Source: Anaerolineae bacterium
GTDB lineage: Bacteria > Chloroflexota > Anaerolineae > DTLA01
Direction of reading: 5' to 3'
Assembly (NCBI GenBank): GCA_034436295.1
Contig: DAOTVT010000071.1
Coordinates: forward strand, 1,208-65,207
Length of the DNA: 64,000 nt
Shown here: one piece after another, positions 9,425 through 20,221 of the stretch
Layout: every line of letters begins with the position of its first letter
Position numbering within the stretch: the first letter of the stretch is position 1
The notes under the pieces: generated by a model
The model's input: the letters and a program-made list of their open reading frames with translations, nothing else
What the model was told of the DNA's origin: nothing
The model's database searches: none
Program-made: the position numbers and the translations under genes

Positions 9425-10669
9425 CTACTCGTACCTCAACGCCTCAATGGGGTTCAACTCGGCGGCGCGCTGGGCCGGGAAAATCCCGAAGAACAGCCCC
9501 ACCGCCACCGAGAAGAGCGTCGCCAGGAGCACCGAGTCCAGGCCCACGACGGCGCTAATCTGCGTGTTGCCCAGGTTGATGCCCGTGATGAACCGCGAGA
9601 TGCCGTACCCGACGAGGATGCCACCCACGCCGCCAGCCACGCTCAACAGGGTGGCCTCGGTCAGGAACTGCGCCAGGATGTCGCGCTTGCGGGCGCCGAC
9701 GGCCTTGCGGATGCCGATCTCGCGGGTGCGTTCGGTAACGGAGACCAGCATGATGTTCATGATGCCGATGCCGCCGACCAGCAGCGAGATGGCCGCGATG
9801 CCGCCCAGGAACACCGTCAGGATGCCCGTGATCTGGTTCGCGGCCTCAATGGTATCCTTCTGGCTCGTGATGGTGAAATCATCCTGGTAGAGGATGTTGT
9901 GGCGCTCGCGCAGGATGGCGCTGATCTCCTCAACCGCCTGGTCGGTTACCTTCTCGCTGACCACCTGCACGTTGATGGTCTGGATGGTGTTGCCGCCACG
10001 GAACCGCCCGCTGGACGCCAAACGGCTTTGCAGCGTCGTGAGGGGCACCAGGATTCGGTCGTCCACCACGCCGAAGCCGGTGCCGCCTTTGGCTTTCAGG
10101 ACGCCGATGACGCGAAAGTTCTGCCCGTTGATGCGAATGGTCTTATCCAGCGGGTCTTCGCCGTTGAACAGTTCGGCGGCGACGTTGGCGCCGATGACGG
10201 CAACCGGGCTGCGCGCGGCGACATGCTGCGCCGTGATGAAGGAGCCGCTCTCCACCGGCATGTTGCGCACCTGCTCGTACTCGGGCGTAACGCCTGTAAT
10301 CTGGGTGTTGATGTTGTTAGACAGGTACACCACCTGGCCGAAGGCCGACGCCTCGGGCGCAACGGCGGCCACCGAGGGGGCGCGCACGGGGTCGGCCAGG
10401 GCCAGCGCGTCCTCGTAGGTCAGCGTCGCCGCCGATCCCTGCGCCATGCGGACGCCCCCCTGGCTGGCGGCGCCGGGGCGCACGAAGAGCAGGTTGGTGC
10501 CCATGCTGGTAATCTGGCTGGTGATGGCTGCCTGGGCGCCGCGCCCAATGGAGAGCATGGCGATGACGGCGGCCACGCCGATGATGATGCCCAGCATGGT
10601 CAGGAACGACCGCAGTTTGTTGGCCGACAGGCTGGTGATGGCCGTGCGGAGACTCTCTTGCACGTTCAT
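9425..10669 (-). CDS. ABC transporter permease, MacB/FtsX family
   Basis: MacB-type permease with N-terminal TM, large periplasmic domain and C-terminal FtsX 3-TM bundle. Start placed at MNVQESL, preceded by AGGAGGAAG. Confidence 0.85.
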   Translation of the reverse strand: MNVQESLRTAITSLSANKLRSFLTMLGIIIGVAAVIAMLSIGRGAQAAITSQITSMGTNLLFVRPGAASQGGVRMAQGSAATLTYEDALALADPVRAPSVAAVAPEASAFGQVVYLSNNINTQITGVTPEYEQVRNMPVESGSFITAQHVAARSPVAVIGANVAAELFNGEDPLDKTIRINGQNFRVIGVLKAKGGTGFGVVDDRILVPLTTLQSRLASSGRFRGGNTIQTINVQVVSEKVTDQAVEEISAILRERHNILYQDDFTITSQKDTIEAANQITGILTVFLGGIAAISLLVGGIGIMNIMLVSVTERTREIGIRKAVGARKRDILAQFLTEATLLSVAGGVGGILVGYGISRFITGINLGNTQISAVVGLDSVLLATLFSVAVGLFFGIFPAQRAAELNPIEALRYE

Positions 10670-10700
10670 GCGGCTTCCTCCTGTGTGCCGTCGCTGTGTA
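10661..10700. repeat. 32-bp direct repeat, copy 1 (at permease start/RBS)
   Basis: CGTTCATGCGGCTTCCTCCTGTGTGCCGTCGC is identical to 13654..13685. Confidence 0.8.
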
Positions 10701-10761
10701 CCAGCGGGGCGCTGTGCGACTTCAAGTGGCAAGGGTTCATCTGAAACTCCTCGTCATGGGA

Positions 10762-13566
10762 CTAATCCACAATGGTGATTTGCCCGACAACGGCTTGGTC
10801 ATCGGGCAGACGTTCGCCTGAAACCGTCCGCGCGTCCAGGCGCTCCAAATCGTGTGGCTCGTACATGCCTACGGCGATACGGTAGTTGCCGGGCGCGCTC
10901 CCCGCTGGTACCTGGAGGGTGTGCGTGTCGGCCACTACCTCTCCCGTAATCCAGCCCGTAGTTGGGCGTGTCCAGTTGGCGGGGGCAGCATCGCTCTGCG
11001 ACACGATCTTCCCATCGGCGTCAATAAGATGAACGAAAACCTTGTATTCGGCATGGATTATGGTCAGCGCGCGCCAGTAGAGGGTCAACGAAGCCGGCTC
11101 GCCGGCAGACAACACTTCCTTGTCCAGGTCGTAGCCCAACAACTCAATCTGGTTCCCCAGGCGGAACGGTTGGGCCAAAGGATGGCTCATGGGCGGCGGG
11201 GTCATCATCCGTGTAACGCCGGCGATGCGAACCGACCCAAGGGAGACCGCATTGGCCTGCCCAGGCAAGGTCATCATCAACGTGTACACGCCTTCAGCGA
11301 TGTCGGCGGGAAGGCGAAGCAAATAGCGTTGGCGAACCACTTCGCCGACTGCCCAGCCCGCGGCTGGATAGTCCACGGCCAACGGATACTCCCAGGACGC
11401 AGGTACATCCCCCGCCGAGTCAGCCAGCCAGAGACGCGCCGACGTGCGCGAGGTGGTGGGTTGGACGGCTTGCCAATCCACTTCCACGAGAACCGTCTCA
11501 CCAGGGCGCCTCTCCGCGTCTGCCAGCGTCCATCTGGGCACACGCACAGCGCCCAGTGATGGCGCAGAGGCTTGGATCGGCTGTAGCCAACGCTGGCCGA
11601 CGGCGATGGCAACCTCCCCTGCGTCCACATAAACACCCCTCATTGCTCCCTGCGCGTCCCGCACGGGGAGCGGTATGGCATGGTCTCCGGACAGAATCAG
11701 GCGGGCCATGTACGTGCCAGGCGCCAGCCAGAGGTCCAGCGGCACGTCTAGCCACTGCCACACGTGGTCGCCGGGCTGCCACTCGCTTGGCAGGTAACCA
11801 ATCTCATCCGTCTGCGCCCAGAGCAGGTCCTGCGCATCCACGAGATGAACGGCGAAATTCCGCGCGCCACTGGCCGGTTTCAGCACCTCCCACTCTATGC
11901 CCACCCGCAGGGGCTCTCCGCGAGTCGCCTTGCGCGGCACCTGCAGACCCCAGAGTCTGACTTCATCGCCCAGCGTGGCGACCGGGGAGTCGGGATGTTC
12001 TGCGGCTGGCGGCCTGCAGATGCGGTACAGCACCACACCCACGTCTCCGACCCTGTTTCGGAATTCCTCCTTGGAGCATGCGACTCTCTCAATGACCTGC
12101 AACGCAGGCGTGATGGGGTTGGCATGGGCCACCGGCACGAAGTAGTCAATTTCGCGCCCATCCCATGCGGGCAAGACCGCCAGTTTCTTGCCAACCAGCC
12201 ATTTTGCATTGACGGTAACAGGCTCGGTGAAGACTGAGGAAGGATGTTTGTAGTGCTCGGACGCGATGATTACGGTGTGCCCGGCGGTCATTTCCGCTTT
12301 GGCCAGGTGCGCAATCTGGACGTAATCGCTGTGGAACCCGTAGTACACGGTGCGGCTCGGTGCCCAGATGGTGAAGTAGTGGATGCCGTTCCAAATGCCC
12401 TCGGCGGCCAGGATCACCCCCGCGCATAGCGCGGCCGCTTTCCACCACTGGATGTGCGCTTTCAGCCACCCTAGCAGGACTAACATGCCTACTGCTGCGA
12501 GTCCGTAGATGGCGGGAATCACGCCAAACATGCGCTGGCCCACGGGCATGGGCTCGGCCGTCAGAATCGGCGGGAGGCTCATGCCCAGCCACCACAACAA
12601 CAGTATCCCGTATGGTTGCTGTCTCCACCGCCACAGCGCCACGGCCACACCCAGCAGGAAGAATGGCCCGATCAGAATGTCAAAGACCGGCTTGCCTTGC
12701 AGGCTGTAACGGGTACTCATGTTGAGGTGCGGCAGGTAGGTGATGCCCATGTGGTAGATGTTCTCAGCGATGATGGACAACGGGCTACGCTCACCCGCCT
12801 TCGCCCAGACGCCGACTTGATTCGCGCGCTCCCAGAAGTCGTGAGAGTTCCTCAGGTAGTAGATGCCCAGGGGCGCGAAAGTGAGCGCCGCGGATGCCAC
12901 GGCCAGGGTGATGCCCTTCCATTGCGCCCGGAAGCGCTGCCGATCCACGATGAACAGGTACAGCAGGATCAGGAGCATCGTGAGCGGGAAGAAGCGCGCC
13001 GCCAGGTATATGTAGAGCGTGCTTCCGGTAGCGATGCCGCCCAGGATGAACAGCCACTTCTTGCCTTCGTGGTAGCCGCGCCATAGGAAGTAGATCGCCA
13101 TAGTCTCCACAAGCGGCATCAACGTCCAGCAGAAGCCGGTGCGCGTTACGTTGAAGTGCCAATAGGCGGTGGCCGTGATGAAGGCGCCGACAAGTGCCAC
13201 CCAACGGCCGAACATCTGGCGGAATGCCAGGTAGGTTATGGGCACGGTCAACGTCCCAATGAGCGCAGAGGCGAGCCGCAATCCGAACGTGTTGGGCCCG
13301 GTGAACAGATAGACGAGGGCCACCAGATACATATAGAATGGCTCGCGCCCTGTGTACGACTTGAAGAAGATGGGAAAACTACCCCGGTAGATTTCTTCGG
13401 CCTGCAGGCCGTAAACCGCCTCGTCAAAATGGACGCCGGGTGGGAAGACACGCAGCAGGTACGTCCGAAGGAAGGCAGCAACAAGGGTAATGGCTGCCAG
13501 CGCAGCCCATTCCCAACGGGCCCATCTTTTGGGCGTATCCGACGAGGTGGTGAAATCCTGCCGCAT
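10762..13566 (-). CDS. glycosyltransferase family 39 (PMT_2/ArnT-like) membrane protein with large C-terminal repeat domain
   Basis: N-terminal ~450 aa multi-TM domain with an ArnT/PMT-like signature (FHFDEAVYG, YTGREPFYMY). C-terminal ~480 aa extracytoplasmic region with internal W/Y-rich repeats. Confidence 0.8.
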   Translation of the reverse strand: MRQDFTTSSDTPKRWARWEWAALAAITLVAAFLRTYLLRVFPPGVHFDEAVYGLQAEEIYRGSFPIFFKSYTGREPFYMYLVALVYLFTGPNTFGLRLASALIGTLTVPITYLAFRQMFGRWVALVGAFITATAYWHFNVTRTGFCWTLMPLVETMAIYFLWRGYHEGKKWLFILGGIATGSTLYIYLAARFFPLTMLLILLYLFIVDRQRFRAQWKGITLAVASAALTFAPLGIYYLRNSHDFWERANQVGVWAKAGERSPLSIIAENIYHMGITYLPHLNMSTRYSLQGKPVFDILIGPFFLLGVAVALWRWRQQPYGILLLWWLGMSLPPILTAEPMPVGQRMFGVIPAIYGLAAVGMLVLLGWLKAHIQWWKAAALCAGVILAAEGIWNGIHYFTIWAPSRTVYYGFHSDYVQIAHLAKAEMTAGHTVIIASEHYKHPSSVFTEPVTVNAKWLVGKKLAVLPAWDGREIDYFVPVAHANPITPALQVIERVACSKEEFRNRVGDVGVVLYRICRPPAAEHPDSPVATLGDEVRLWGLQVPRKATRGEPLRVGIEWEVLKPASGARNFAVHLVDAQDLLWAQTDEIGYLPSEWQPGDHVWQWLDVPLDLWLAPGTYMARLILSGDHAIPLPVRDAQGAMRGVYVDAGEVAIAVGQRWLQPIQASAPSLGAVRVPRWTLADAERRPGETVLVEVDWQAVQPTTSRTSARLWLADSAGDVPASWEYPLAVDYPAAGWAVGEVVRQRYLLRLPADIAEGVYTLMMTLPGQANAVSLGSVRIAGVTRMMTPPPMSHPLAQPFRLGNQIELLGYDLDKEVLSAGEPASLTLYWRALTIIHAEYKVFVHLIDADGKIVSQSDAAPANWTRPTTGWITGEVVADTHTLQVPAGSAPGNYRIAVGMYEPHDLERLDARTVSGERLPDDQAVVGQITIVD

Positions 13567-13657
13567 AGCGAGTGCACTCCCTGCTAGAGATCGGGCCGAC
13601 GCACGTCCGGATACATTCTACGGGATGAACCTTTCTCCGCCAATCTGGGGTGTGCGT

Positions 13658-14350
<693 letters not shown>

Positions 14351-14399
14351 AGGGCTTTCTCCCGTCGGGCCGCCAGAAGCGGCGCGATGATGCGATCAC

Positions 14400-15806
14400 C
14401 TAAAAAGGCCCCATGGGGCCGCCGACGATGCCGCCCACGCCCGGGATACGGCCGCTGGTGGTTGTGGTGGTGGACACTACCACCGTATCCCCTTCTCGCA
14501 GGCCCGTCCCCGTAACTTCGGTCATGGTGCCGTTGCTCAGTCCGATGGTAACCGGCAACTGGATGATCTGCCCCTCCACCATGACCTCCACGTAGTAGCC
14601 CTGGTTGCGGCCCAGGGAACGGATGGCGCGGTTGGGCACCATGAGCACGTTCTTCCGCTCGTCCACGATGATGTTGATGCTGGCGGTCATCCCGGGCTTC
14701 ACCGGCAGGTCGGTGGGGTCAAGGTTGATGGTTACCGGATAGTTCACCACCCCCTGGGTAACGGTGCCGATGAGGGCGATTTTGGTAACCTGGCCGCTTA
14801 TGGTCTGCGTGGAGATGGCGTCCAGGGTGATTTGTGCGCGCTGGCCCACCTTGACCTGCACGGCGTCCACTTCGGGCAGGTTGGCCTGAATCTGGAGATG
14901 ATCCAGGTCGGCGATGGACATGGCGACGGTGTTCGCTGCCACCGTCTGGCCCGTGATGATGTTGATGGCGGTAATGGTGCCGTCAAAGGGGGCCTTGAGT
15001 GTGGCGCTGTCCAGATTCTTGCGCGCGGTGTCCAGCGCCAGTTTCGCCTGGGTTACCTGGGCCTCGGCGCTGAGGAGTTCCTCCTCGGTGGGCCCCGCCA
15101 TCAACTTGTCATAGGCGTCCTGGGCCTGGAGCATCTGGGCGTAGGCGCTCTTGATGGGCGCGTCGCTCACGCTGGCCATGGCAATGCGGTAGTTGTCCAG
15201 CGCGGTCTGGTAGGCTTCGGTGGCCTGCTGGAGTTGGGTGGCCTGGGGGAGCATGGCGATATTGGGGCGCCACGAGACGGCGTCGTAGGCCGCCTGGGCT
15301 TCCTGGAGCGTCTTGCGGGCCTTCTCCAGGGCGGCCTCGGCCTGGGCGATCTGCCATTCCACTGGCTTGGCCTTGGCGGCCTCGTAGGCGGCCTTGGCGC
15401 TGGCGAGGGCCGCTTCGGCCTGGGCGATTTCCGTCTTCGTGGGCGGGGACTTCAGGTCCGCCAGGTTCTTCTCGGCGAGGCGCAGCGACAGTTCGGCGCT
15501 GGCGACCTGCGCCTCCAGCGTCGTGGTGTCCAGGCGGGCCAGCGGTTGCCCTGCCGTAACCTTGTCGCCCTCGGCCACCAGAATTTCCACCACCGTGCCG
15601 GCGATGCCGAAGGTGAGGTCCATGGACTGGGCCGCGCGCACCGTGCCGGAAGTGCCCACGATGGCCTGCAGGTCTCCGCGTTGCACCGTGGATGTCTGCG
15701 GCGCGGCGCTGCTGGCCTTGCGGGATGCGTTCCAGCGGCTGAATCCGAAGATGGCCGCAGCCACCAACACAATGACCAGGATGATCCAGATGGTTCTCTT
15801 CTGCAT
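14400..15806 (-). CDS. efflux periplasmic adaptor, HlyD/MacA family
   Basis: N-terminal TM anchor, long coiled-coil hairpin (Ala/Gln/Glu-rich), and beta-barrel and membrane-proximal domains typical of MFP adaptors. Start placed at MQKRTIWIIL. Confidence 0.8.
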   Translation of the reverse strand: MQKRTIWIILVIVLVAAAIFGFSRWNASRKASSAAPQTSTVQRGDLQAIVGTSGTVRAAQSMDLTFGIAGTVVEILVAEGDKVTAGQPLARLDTTTLEAQVASAELSLRLAEKNLADLKSPPTKTEIAQAEAALASAKAAYEAAKAKPVEWQIAQAEAALEKARKTLQEAQAAYDAVSWRPNIAMLPQATQLQQATEAYQTALDNYRIAMASVSDAPIKSAYAQMLQAQDAYDKLMAGPTEEELLSAEAQVTQAKLALDTARKNLDSATLKAPFDGTITAINIITGQTVAANTVAMSIADLDHLQIQANLPEVDAVQVKVGQRAQITLDAISTQTISGQVTKIALIGTVTQGVVNYPVTINLDPTDLPVKPGMTASINIIVDERKNVLMVPNRAIRSLGRNQGYYVEVMVEGQIIQLPVTIGLSNGTMTEVTGTGLREGDTVVVSTTTTTSGRIPGVGGIVGGPMGPF

Positions 15807-16005
15807 GCCGCCCTCCATCTCAATCTGGCGCGGGGTTGCTCCCTGCGGCAACACCGCAGCGCGAACTGCTATTATTGTATCATGAATGAGGCGCGGCTAC
15901 ATGAAAGGCAGATTAGAGGCCTGTGGTGAAAGTGTAAAATCCACGCGAAACGGGCGGACAGCCTTTCGTGGGGGCCGTCCGCCCGCAGGAGGGGAAGGTG
16001 GCAAC

Positions 16006-17331
16006 CTAGTGCGTCTCGTGCGCGCCCTCTTCGGGGAAGACGGGCAGGTATTTCGCCGCCAGGTAGAAGGCCAGCACGCCGAACCCCAAGAGGGTAACGG
16101 TTACGACCAGTTCCATCCACGAGGGGCTGTAGATGTTGCCGGTGTACGAGAGCAGGCCGAGCCACGAAACGTTGAGGCGGTTGAGCGCCACGCCGAACAG
16201 AACCACGAGCCACGCCGCGCCGTACAGCACCTTCGGGTTGCGGCGCAGCGATGGCACGGCGAACAGGATCATGGGGGCGATCACGCCCAACGCCATCTCC
16301 ACCCAGAACGTCGCGGCCTGCAGCGTCGGCTCAAAGGCGCGGGGCCACGCGCCGCGCGCCGTGATGTCCACAAACCGCGCCGCCAGGTACACCGCCAGGA
16401 CTACCGAGGCAATCTGTCCCAGTTCGGCCAGCAGGTGCTGCTCCAGTCCGCGCTTGAAGGCGCGGGAACTCAGGTTGGACTCCACGATGGTCATGGCGAA
16501 CCCGACCGCCACCGCCGACAGCCAGAAGAAGACCGGCAGGTACAGCGAGTACCACAGCGGGTGGAGTTTCTGCGGGACGATGACCCACAGGGAGCCGAGC
16601 GACGACTGGTGGAGCGTGGACAGCACCACGCCCAGGATGATGAACACGATGGACACTTTCTTGAGCCAGCGATAGAGGGGCACGGTGGGCAAGCGTCGGG
16701 TAACGGCCTCAATCTGGTTCACGCGCTCCAGGATGACGGGCAGGAACTCCACGAACAGGACGACGGTGTACGTGGCGACGCAGATGCCCACTTCCCAGAG
16801 CACCGAGTGGTACTGCCAGTGCACCAGAGGCCGCCAGACGTTGTAGGGCCGGCCCAAGTCTACCAGGAGCGCGGCGATGACCAGCAGGTAGCCCAGGAAG
16901 GCCGTGAGGATGGCCGGGCGCACCAGTGGCTCAAAGCGGCGGATGCGGAAGATGTGCACCGTGGCGGCCATGACGAACCCGCCCGCCGCCAGCGCCACGC
17001 CGCTCATCACGTCAAACCCGATCCAGAACCCCAGCGCGAAACGGTCGCTGAGGTTGGTTACGGCGCCGAGGCCGAACATGAACCGCACCAGGATGATGGC
17101 GGTGCCGGTGGCCATGACGCCGATGAGCGCCAGGTCGCGCAGCACCTTCCAGGGCGAGCGCACGCGGGGCACCGTGATGACGATGCGCTCGGCAGCGGCG
17201 GTGGCTGCGCCCTGGGAACGCCCTGCCAGGCGCAGGGCCAGGAACCGCGCGCCGACGAGGAACGCCACCGGAATGCCGATGCTCAACGCGGCCACGATCC
17301 AGAACGCGGGGTAGGCAACGATTTCGCCCAT
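16006..17331 (-). CDS. NrfD/PsrC-family quinol-interacting membrane subunit
   Basis: 441 aa with ~10 TM helices and the NrfD/polysulfide-reductase-type fold; directly downstream of the FeS subunit. Confidence 0.8.
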   Translation of the reverse strand: MGEIVAYPAFWIVAALSIGIPVAFLVGARFLALRLAGRSQGAATAAAERIVITVPRVRSPWKVLRDLALIGVMATGTAIILVRFMFGLGAVTNLSDRFALGFWIGFDVMSGVALAAGGFVMAATVHIFRIRRFEPLVRPAILTAFLGYLLVIAALLVDLGRPYNVWRPLVHWQYHSVLWEVGICVATYTVVLFVEFLPVILERVNQIEAVTRRLPTVPLYRWLKKVSIVFIILGVVLSTLHQSSLGSLWVIVPQKLHPLWYSLYLPVFFWLSAVAVGFAMTIVESNLSSRAFKRGLEQHLLAELGQIASVVLAVYLAARFVDITARGAWPRAFEPTLQAATFWVEMALGVIAPMILFAVPSLRRNPKVLYGAAWLVVLFGVALNRLNVSWLGLLSYTGNIYSPSWMELVVTVTLLGFGVLAFYLAAKYLPVFPEEGAHETH

Positions 17332-17334
17332 GGG

Positions 17335-18266
17335 CTACTCCTCCTTGTCCGGGGCATCGGTCGCGGCGTCGGCTTCCACGGGCACGGCAACCGCGGGCTT
17401 CCGATGGGTGTAGAGCGCCGTGCCGGTCATGAACGCGGCCATGCCGAAGATCACGTAGGGGAGTTTGTACAGAATCTTCTCGGTCTGCTTGGGCGGCGCA
17501 ACCAACGGCAGATTCGCCGGAAAGCCGAGCCGATCAAAGGGCACGTCGGAGAGGTAGAGCACCGAGGTGCCACCGACCTCGGATTCTCCGAAGACGTGAT
17601 CCACATAGCGGTCGGGGTGCGAAGCGATGCGGGCATGGGCCTGGGCCAGCAGGTCGTCGCGCCTGCCGAAGCGGATAGCGCCCGTGGGGCAGGCCGCCAC
17701 GCAGGCAGGCTCCTCGCCCTCCTTGAGCCGCTCGTAGCACATCCAGCACTTGTTGATGGTGGGCGTGATGCTGTTGTCCCAGTTGAAGCGCGGGATGGCG
17801 AACGGGCAGGCGACCTCGCAGTAGCGGCATCCCAGGCAGCGGCTGGCGCGGTAGATGACGGGGCCTTCGCCGCTGCTGTGCATGGCGGCGGCAGGACAGG
17901 CCGACACGCACGCGGCTTCCAGGCAGTGCATGCACTGTCGCTTGACATAACGGGTAACGATCTCCCCGCGCAGGTTGGCCACCTGGAACGCCTCCACGAA
18001 GGTGTAGGTGTCGGCTTCCAGGGCGGCGGGCACCTTCCCCGGTATCTGCGGCAGGCCGTTGGCTTCCTTGCACGCCAGCGCGCACGAGTTACAGCCGGTG
18101 CAGCGGGTGAGGTCAATCAGCATGCCCCAGGTGGGGCCTGCGGGCGCTTCGGCGGCCAGCGCGGTGGTCTCGGGCAGCAAGGACGCCGCCGCAGCCGCAG
18201 CCGCGCCCAACCCCAGACTCTTCAGAAAGTCGCGGCGGGAGATTCGGGCTTTGTCTAGATCGTCCA
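17335..18266 (-). CDS. 4Fe-4S ferredoxin-type subunit (NrfC/HybA-like) with Tat signal
   Basis: Starts MDDLDKARISRRDFLKSLG (twin-arginine motif). Contains multiple CxxCxxCxxxCP ferredoxin motifs (CTGCNSCALAC, CMHCLEAACVSACP, CLGCRYCEVACP, CWMC...CVAACP). The 5' part of the longer ORF is antisense noise. Confidence 0.8.
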
Positions 18267-19187
18267 TGGCTTGCCTCTCCTCTGGGCAATGTAGCCAATC
18301 AGCAGGATGGCAACGACACCCAGTACCCCGCCGATGCCCAGGCCCACGCCCAGCGTTACAATCGCTAGGTTGCGCAGGGTGCCGTTGGCGCGCTCCGCGG
18401 CCTCCAGTTGGTCGGCCAGGACTTTGGCGGGATCGGCCTGGGCCGCCGTGCCCGACGTGGTGGGCACGGTGCCTTTGGCATGGCAGCCGACGCAGGATTC
18501 GGCCGGCGGGGCGAAACTGTGGTCGGGCGCGTTGCCCCCGCCTTTGGTGCTCACCAGGCTCACCCCTGCCTCGCGCGAGCGGCCGACGGGGACGTGGCAG
18601 ACCGTGCACGCAATGCCCAGGCTGTCGTGCTCGGTGTGGGGGAACGATTCCAGTTTGGCGCGGTGGCACGACGTGCAGAGTTGCTCTGCCGGCAGCCGCA
18701 GGGCCTGCGAATGGGCGTTGTGGCACCCGATGCACTGGACGTTCATCTGGGCATGGGGCGTGGTTTCCCACTGGTCGTAGGTCTTCGCGTGGCACTCCTG
18801 GCACGCGGCGGAGTCGGTGGGAAGTTTCATCAACGCGCTGCGCGGGTGGCCCTCCACATAGGGCCCGTGGCAGGCTTCGCACTCCACGTCTTTGTAAGCG
18901 CACGTGCCGTCGGATGCGTTGAAGGCGGTGGTGTGGCACCGCAGGCAGGCGCGGTCAGCATCGGGCGGGACGGACGACGTGGCCTTGGCGTGGGTAGAGT
19001 TCTGCCAGGCTCGCGCCTCGGCCGAGTGACATGCGGCGCACTGGTCGGGCCCCTTGTACGTCGGGGCGGGTTCCTGGGCCAGCGCCGCCTGCGAGAGCGC
19101 CAACAGCATGGCCAGAGCAAGGACGCAGCCGACGATCAGCCCATTGAGCAGGGCATGGCTGCGGTACGGATGACAACGAGTGTTCAT
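18255..19187 (-). CDS. multiheme c-type cytochrome with C-terminal membrane anchor
   Basis: Eight CxxCH motifs (CAACH, CLRCH, CEACH, CQECH, CIGCH, CTSCH, CTVCH, CVGCH), an N-terminal signal peptide and a C-terminal TM helix; stop overlaps the FeS gene start. Confidence 0.8.
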   Translation of the reverse strand: MNTRCHPYRSHALLNGLIVGCVLALAMLLALSQAALAQEPAPTYKGPDQCAACHSAEARAWQNSTHAKATSSVPPDADRACLRCHTTAFNASDGTCAYKDVECEACHGPYVEGHPRSALMKLPTDSAACQECHAKTYDQWETTPHAQMNVQCIGCHNAHSQALRLPAEQLCTSCHRAKLESFPHTEHDSLGIACTVCHVPVGRSREAGVSLVSTKGGGNAPDHSFAPPAESCVGCHAKGTVPTTSGTAAQADPAKVLADQLEAAERANGTLRNLAIVTLGVGLGIGGVLGVVAILLIGYIAQRRGKPWTI

Positions 19188-19258
19188 GCAATTCCTCCAT
19201 GTGCAGAATGTAGTGGGTGAGGCCCTTCGCGCTCAAGACCTCGCGGCGCGACTCCCGA

Positions 19259-19381
19259 CTATGCCGGCGAGCGGTCCACGCGATTGAGCAGCACCGCCGC
19301 CAACGCCAGCATCAGGATGGGAACGCCCAAGCGCACGAGCATCATTCCCAAAATCACCAAATCGTCCATTATGGTCATCAT
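19259..19381 (-). CDS. small hydrophobic peptide (40 aa) upstream of cytochrome operon
   Basis: ATG preceded by GGAGGTG. Product MMTIMDDLVILGMMLVRLGVPILMLALAAVLLNRVDRSPA is a single TM helix. Shares the LRLGVPI motif with the N-terminus of the divergent 19681..20031 product. Below the ORF-track size cutoff. Confidence 0.4.
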   Translation of the reverse strand: MMTIMDDLVILGMMLVRLGVPILMLALAAVLLNRVDRSPA

Positions 19382-19680
19382 CTTCCACCTCCTATATGGT
19401 GTGAGGGATCGGTGTCCCTCTTTCTCCACTTCTAGCGTATCACAGCGAACCGTGGAATTCCATACGGAATTGCGTCCATTTTGCAGTGGGAAAACCCCCC
19501 ATTGGTCCTCCCTGTACGCGGGAACTGCCGACGCAGGGCATGGGGAGTTCTGCTCATTGGAGAATGGACATAAGACCCGATAGCCTTTCGCGGCTGCATC
19601 GGGTATCCTATAGGTGGAACAGAAGATTGTAGGCCGTGTAGTGCCCCCTCGGGGGCGGTGAAAGATTAAGGAGGTCGGCG

Positions 19681-20031
19681 ATGGAAACAGTACTTGCGGT
19701 AATCGGGTTGTTTGTGTTGCGGTTGGGGGTGCCCATCGTGGTGATGGTGCTCCTGTCGTGGGGCGTGAGCGCCTACGTGCAACGCGAGGAAGCCCGCGCC
19801 CTGGAGGCCGAGAAGAGGGAGGCCCTGGCCCGCGCGGTGGCCGAGGCTGCAGTGCCCCAGGCGTGCTGGGATGTCAAGGGGTGCAGCGCCGAGGACAAGG
19901 CCGACTGCCCGGCTGTGCGGCGGCCCGACCTGCCCTGCTGGCTCGCCAAGCAACTGGCTGTCGGCAGGCTGTCTCCCGCCTGCGAGGCGTGCCCGATGTA
20001 CCAGAGGAGCCTTGCCGCAGCCCGCGCCTGA
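19681..20031 (+). CDS. hypothetical membrane protein with Cys-rich C-terminal domain
   Basis: AAGGAGG RBS 7 nt upstream; N-terminal TM (VIGLFVLRLGVPIVVMVLL); C-terminal CWDVKGCSAEDKADCP...PCW...CEACP cysteine cluster. Confidence 0.55.
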   Translation: METVLAVIGLFVLRLGVPIVVMVLLSWGVSAYVQREEARALEAEKREALARAVAEAAVPQACWDVKGCSAEDKADCPAVRRPDLPCWLAKQLAVGRLSPACEACPMYQRSLAAARA

Positions 20032-20068
20032 CCTCCTGTTTGGCCATAGCAGTTTGGGCGATGCGCGA

Positions 20069-20104
20069 AAGCAGCCCCGATGCTGGGGGCTGCTTTTGTT
20101 TTGT
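20069..20104 (+). terminator. intrinsic terminator
   Basis: AAGCAGCCCC-loop-GGGGGCTGCTT followed by TTGTTTTG. Confidence 0.6.
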
Positions 20105-20112
20105 CCGGGCAC

Positions 20113-20141
20113 TTGACGATGCTCCCGTCGGGTGGTATAAG
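20113..20141 (+). promoter_or_regulatory. sigma70-like promoter upstream of dppA-family gene
   Basis: TTGACG, 17-nt spacer, TATAAG. Confidence 0.45.
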
Positions 20142-20221
20142 AGAGTTGTGTCGCCGCGAGCGCGGGAACGTTCGCGGGTTCCCGATGGCTTGCGAGTCCC
20201 AACCCTGGGGAGTTGTGTACG

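Noticed and set aside
19440-19680. Possible operator or riboswitch-like element (imperfect palindrome CCGTGGAATTCCATACGG and GCCCCCTCGGGGGC hairpin) in the divergent promoter region
   Set aside because: Too weak to call without comparative data. Mentioned only as context for the small-peptide/cytochrome operon finding.
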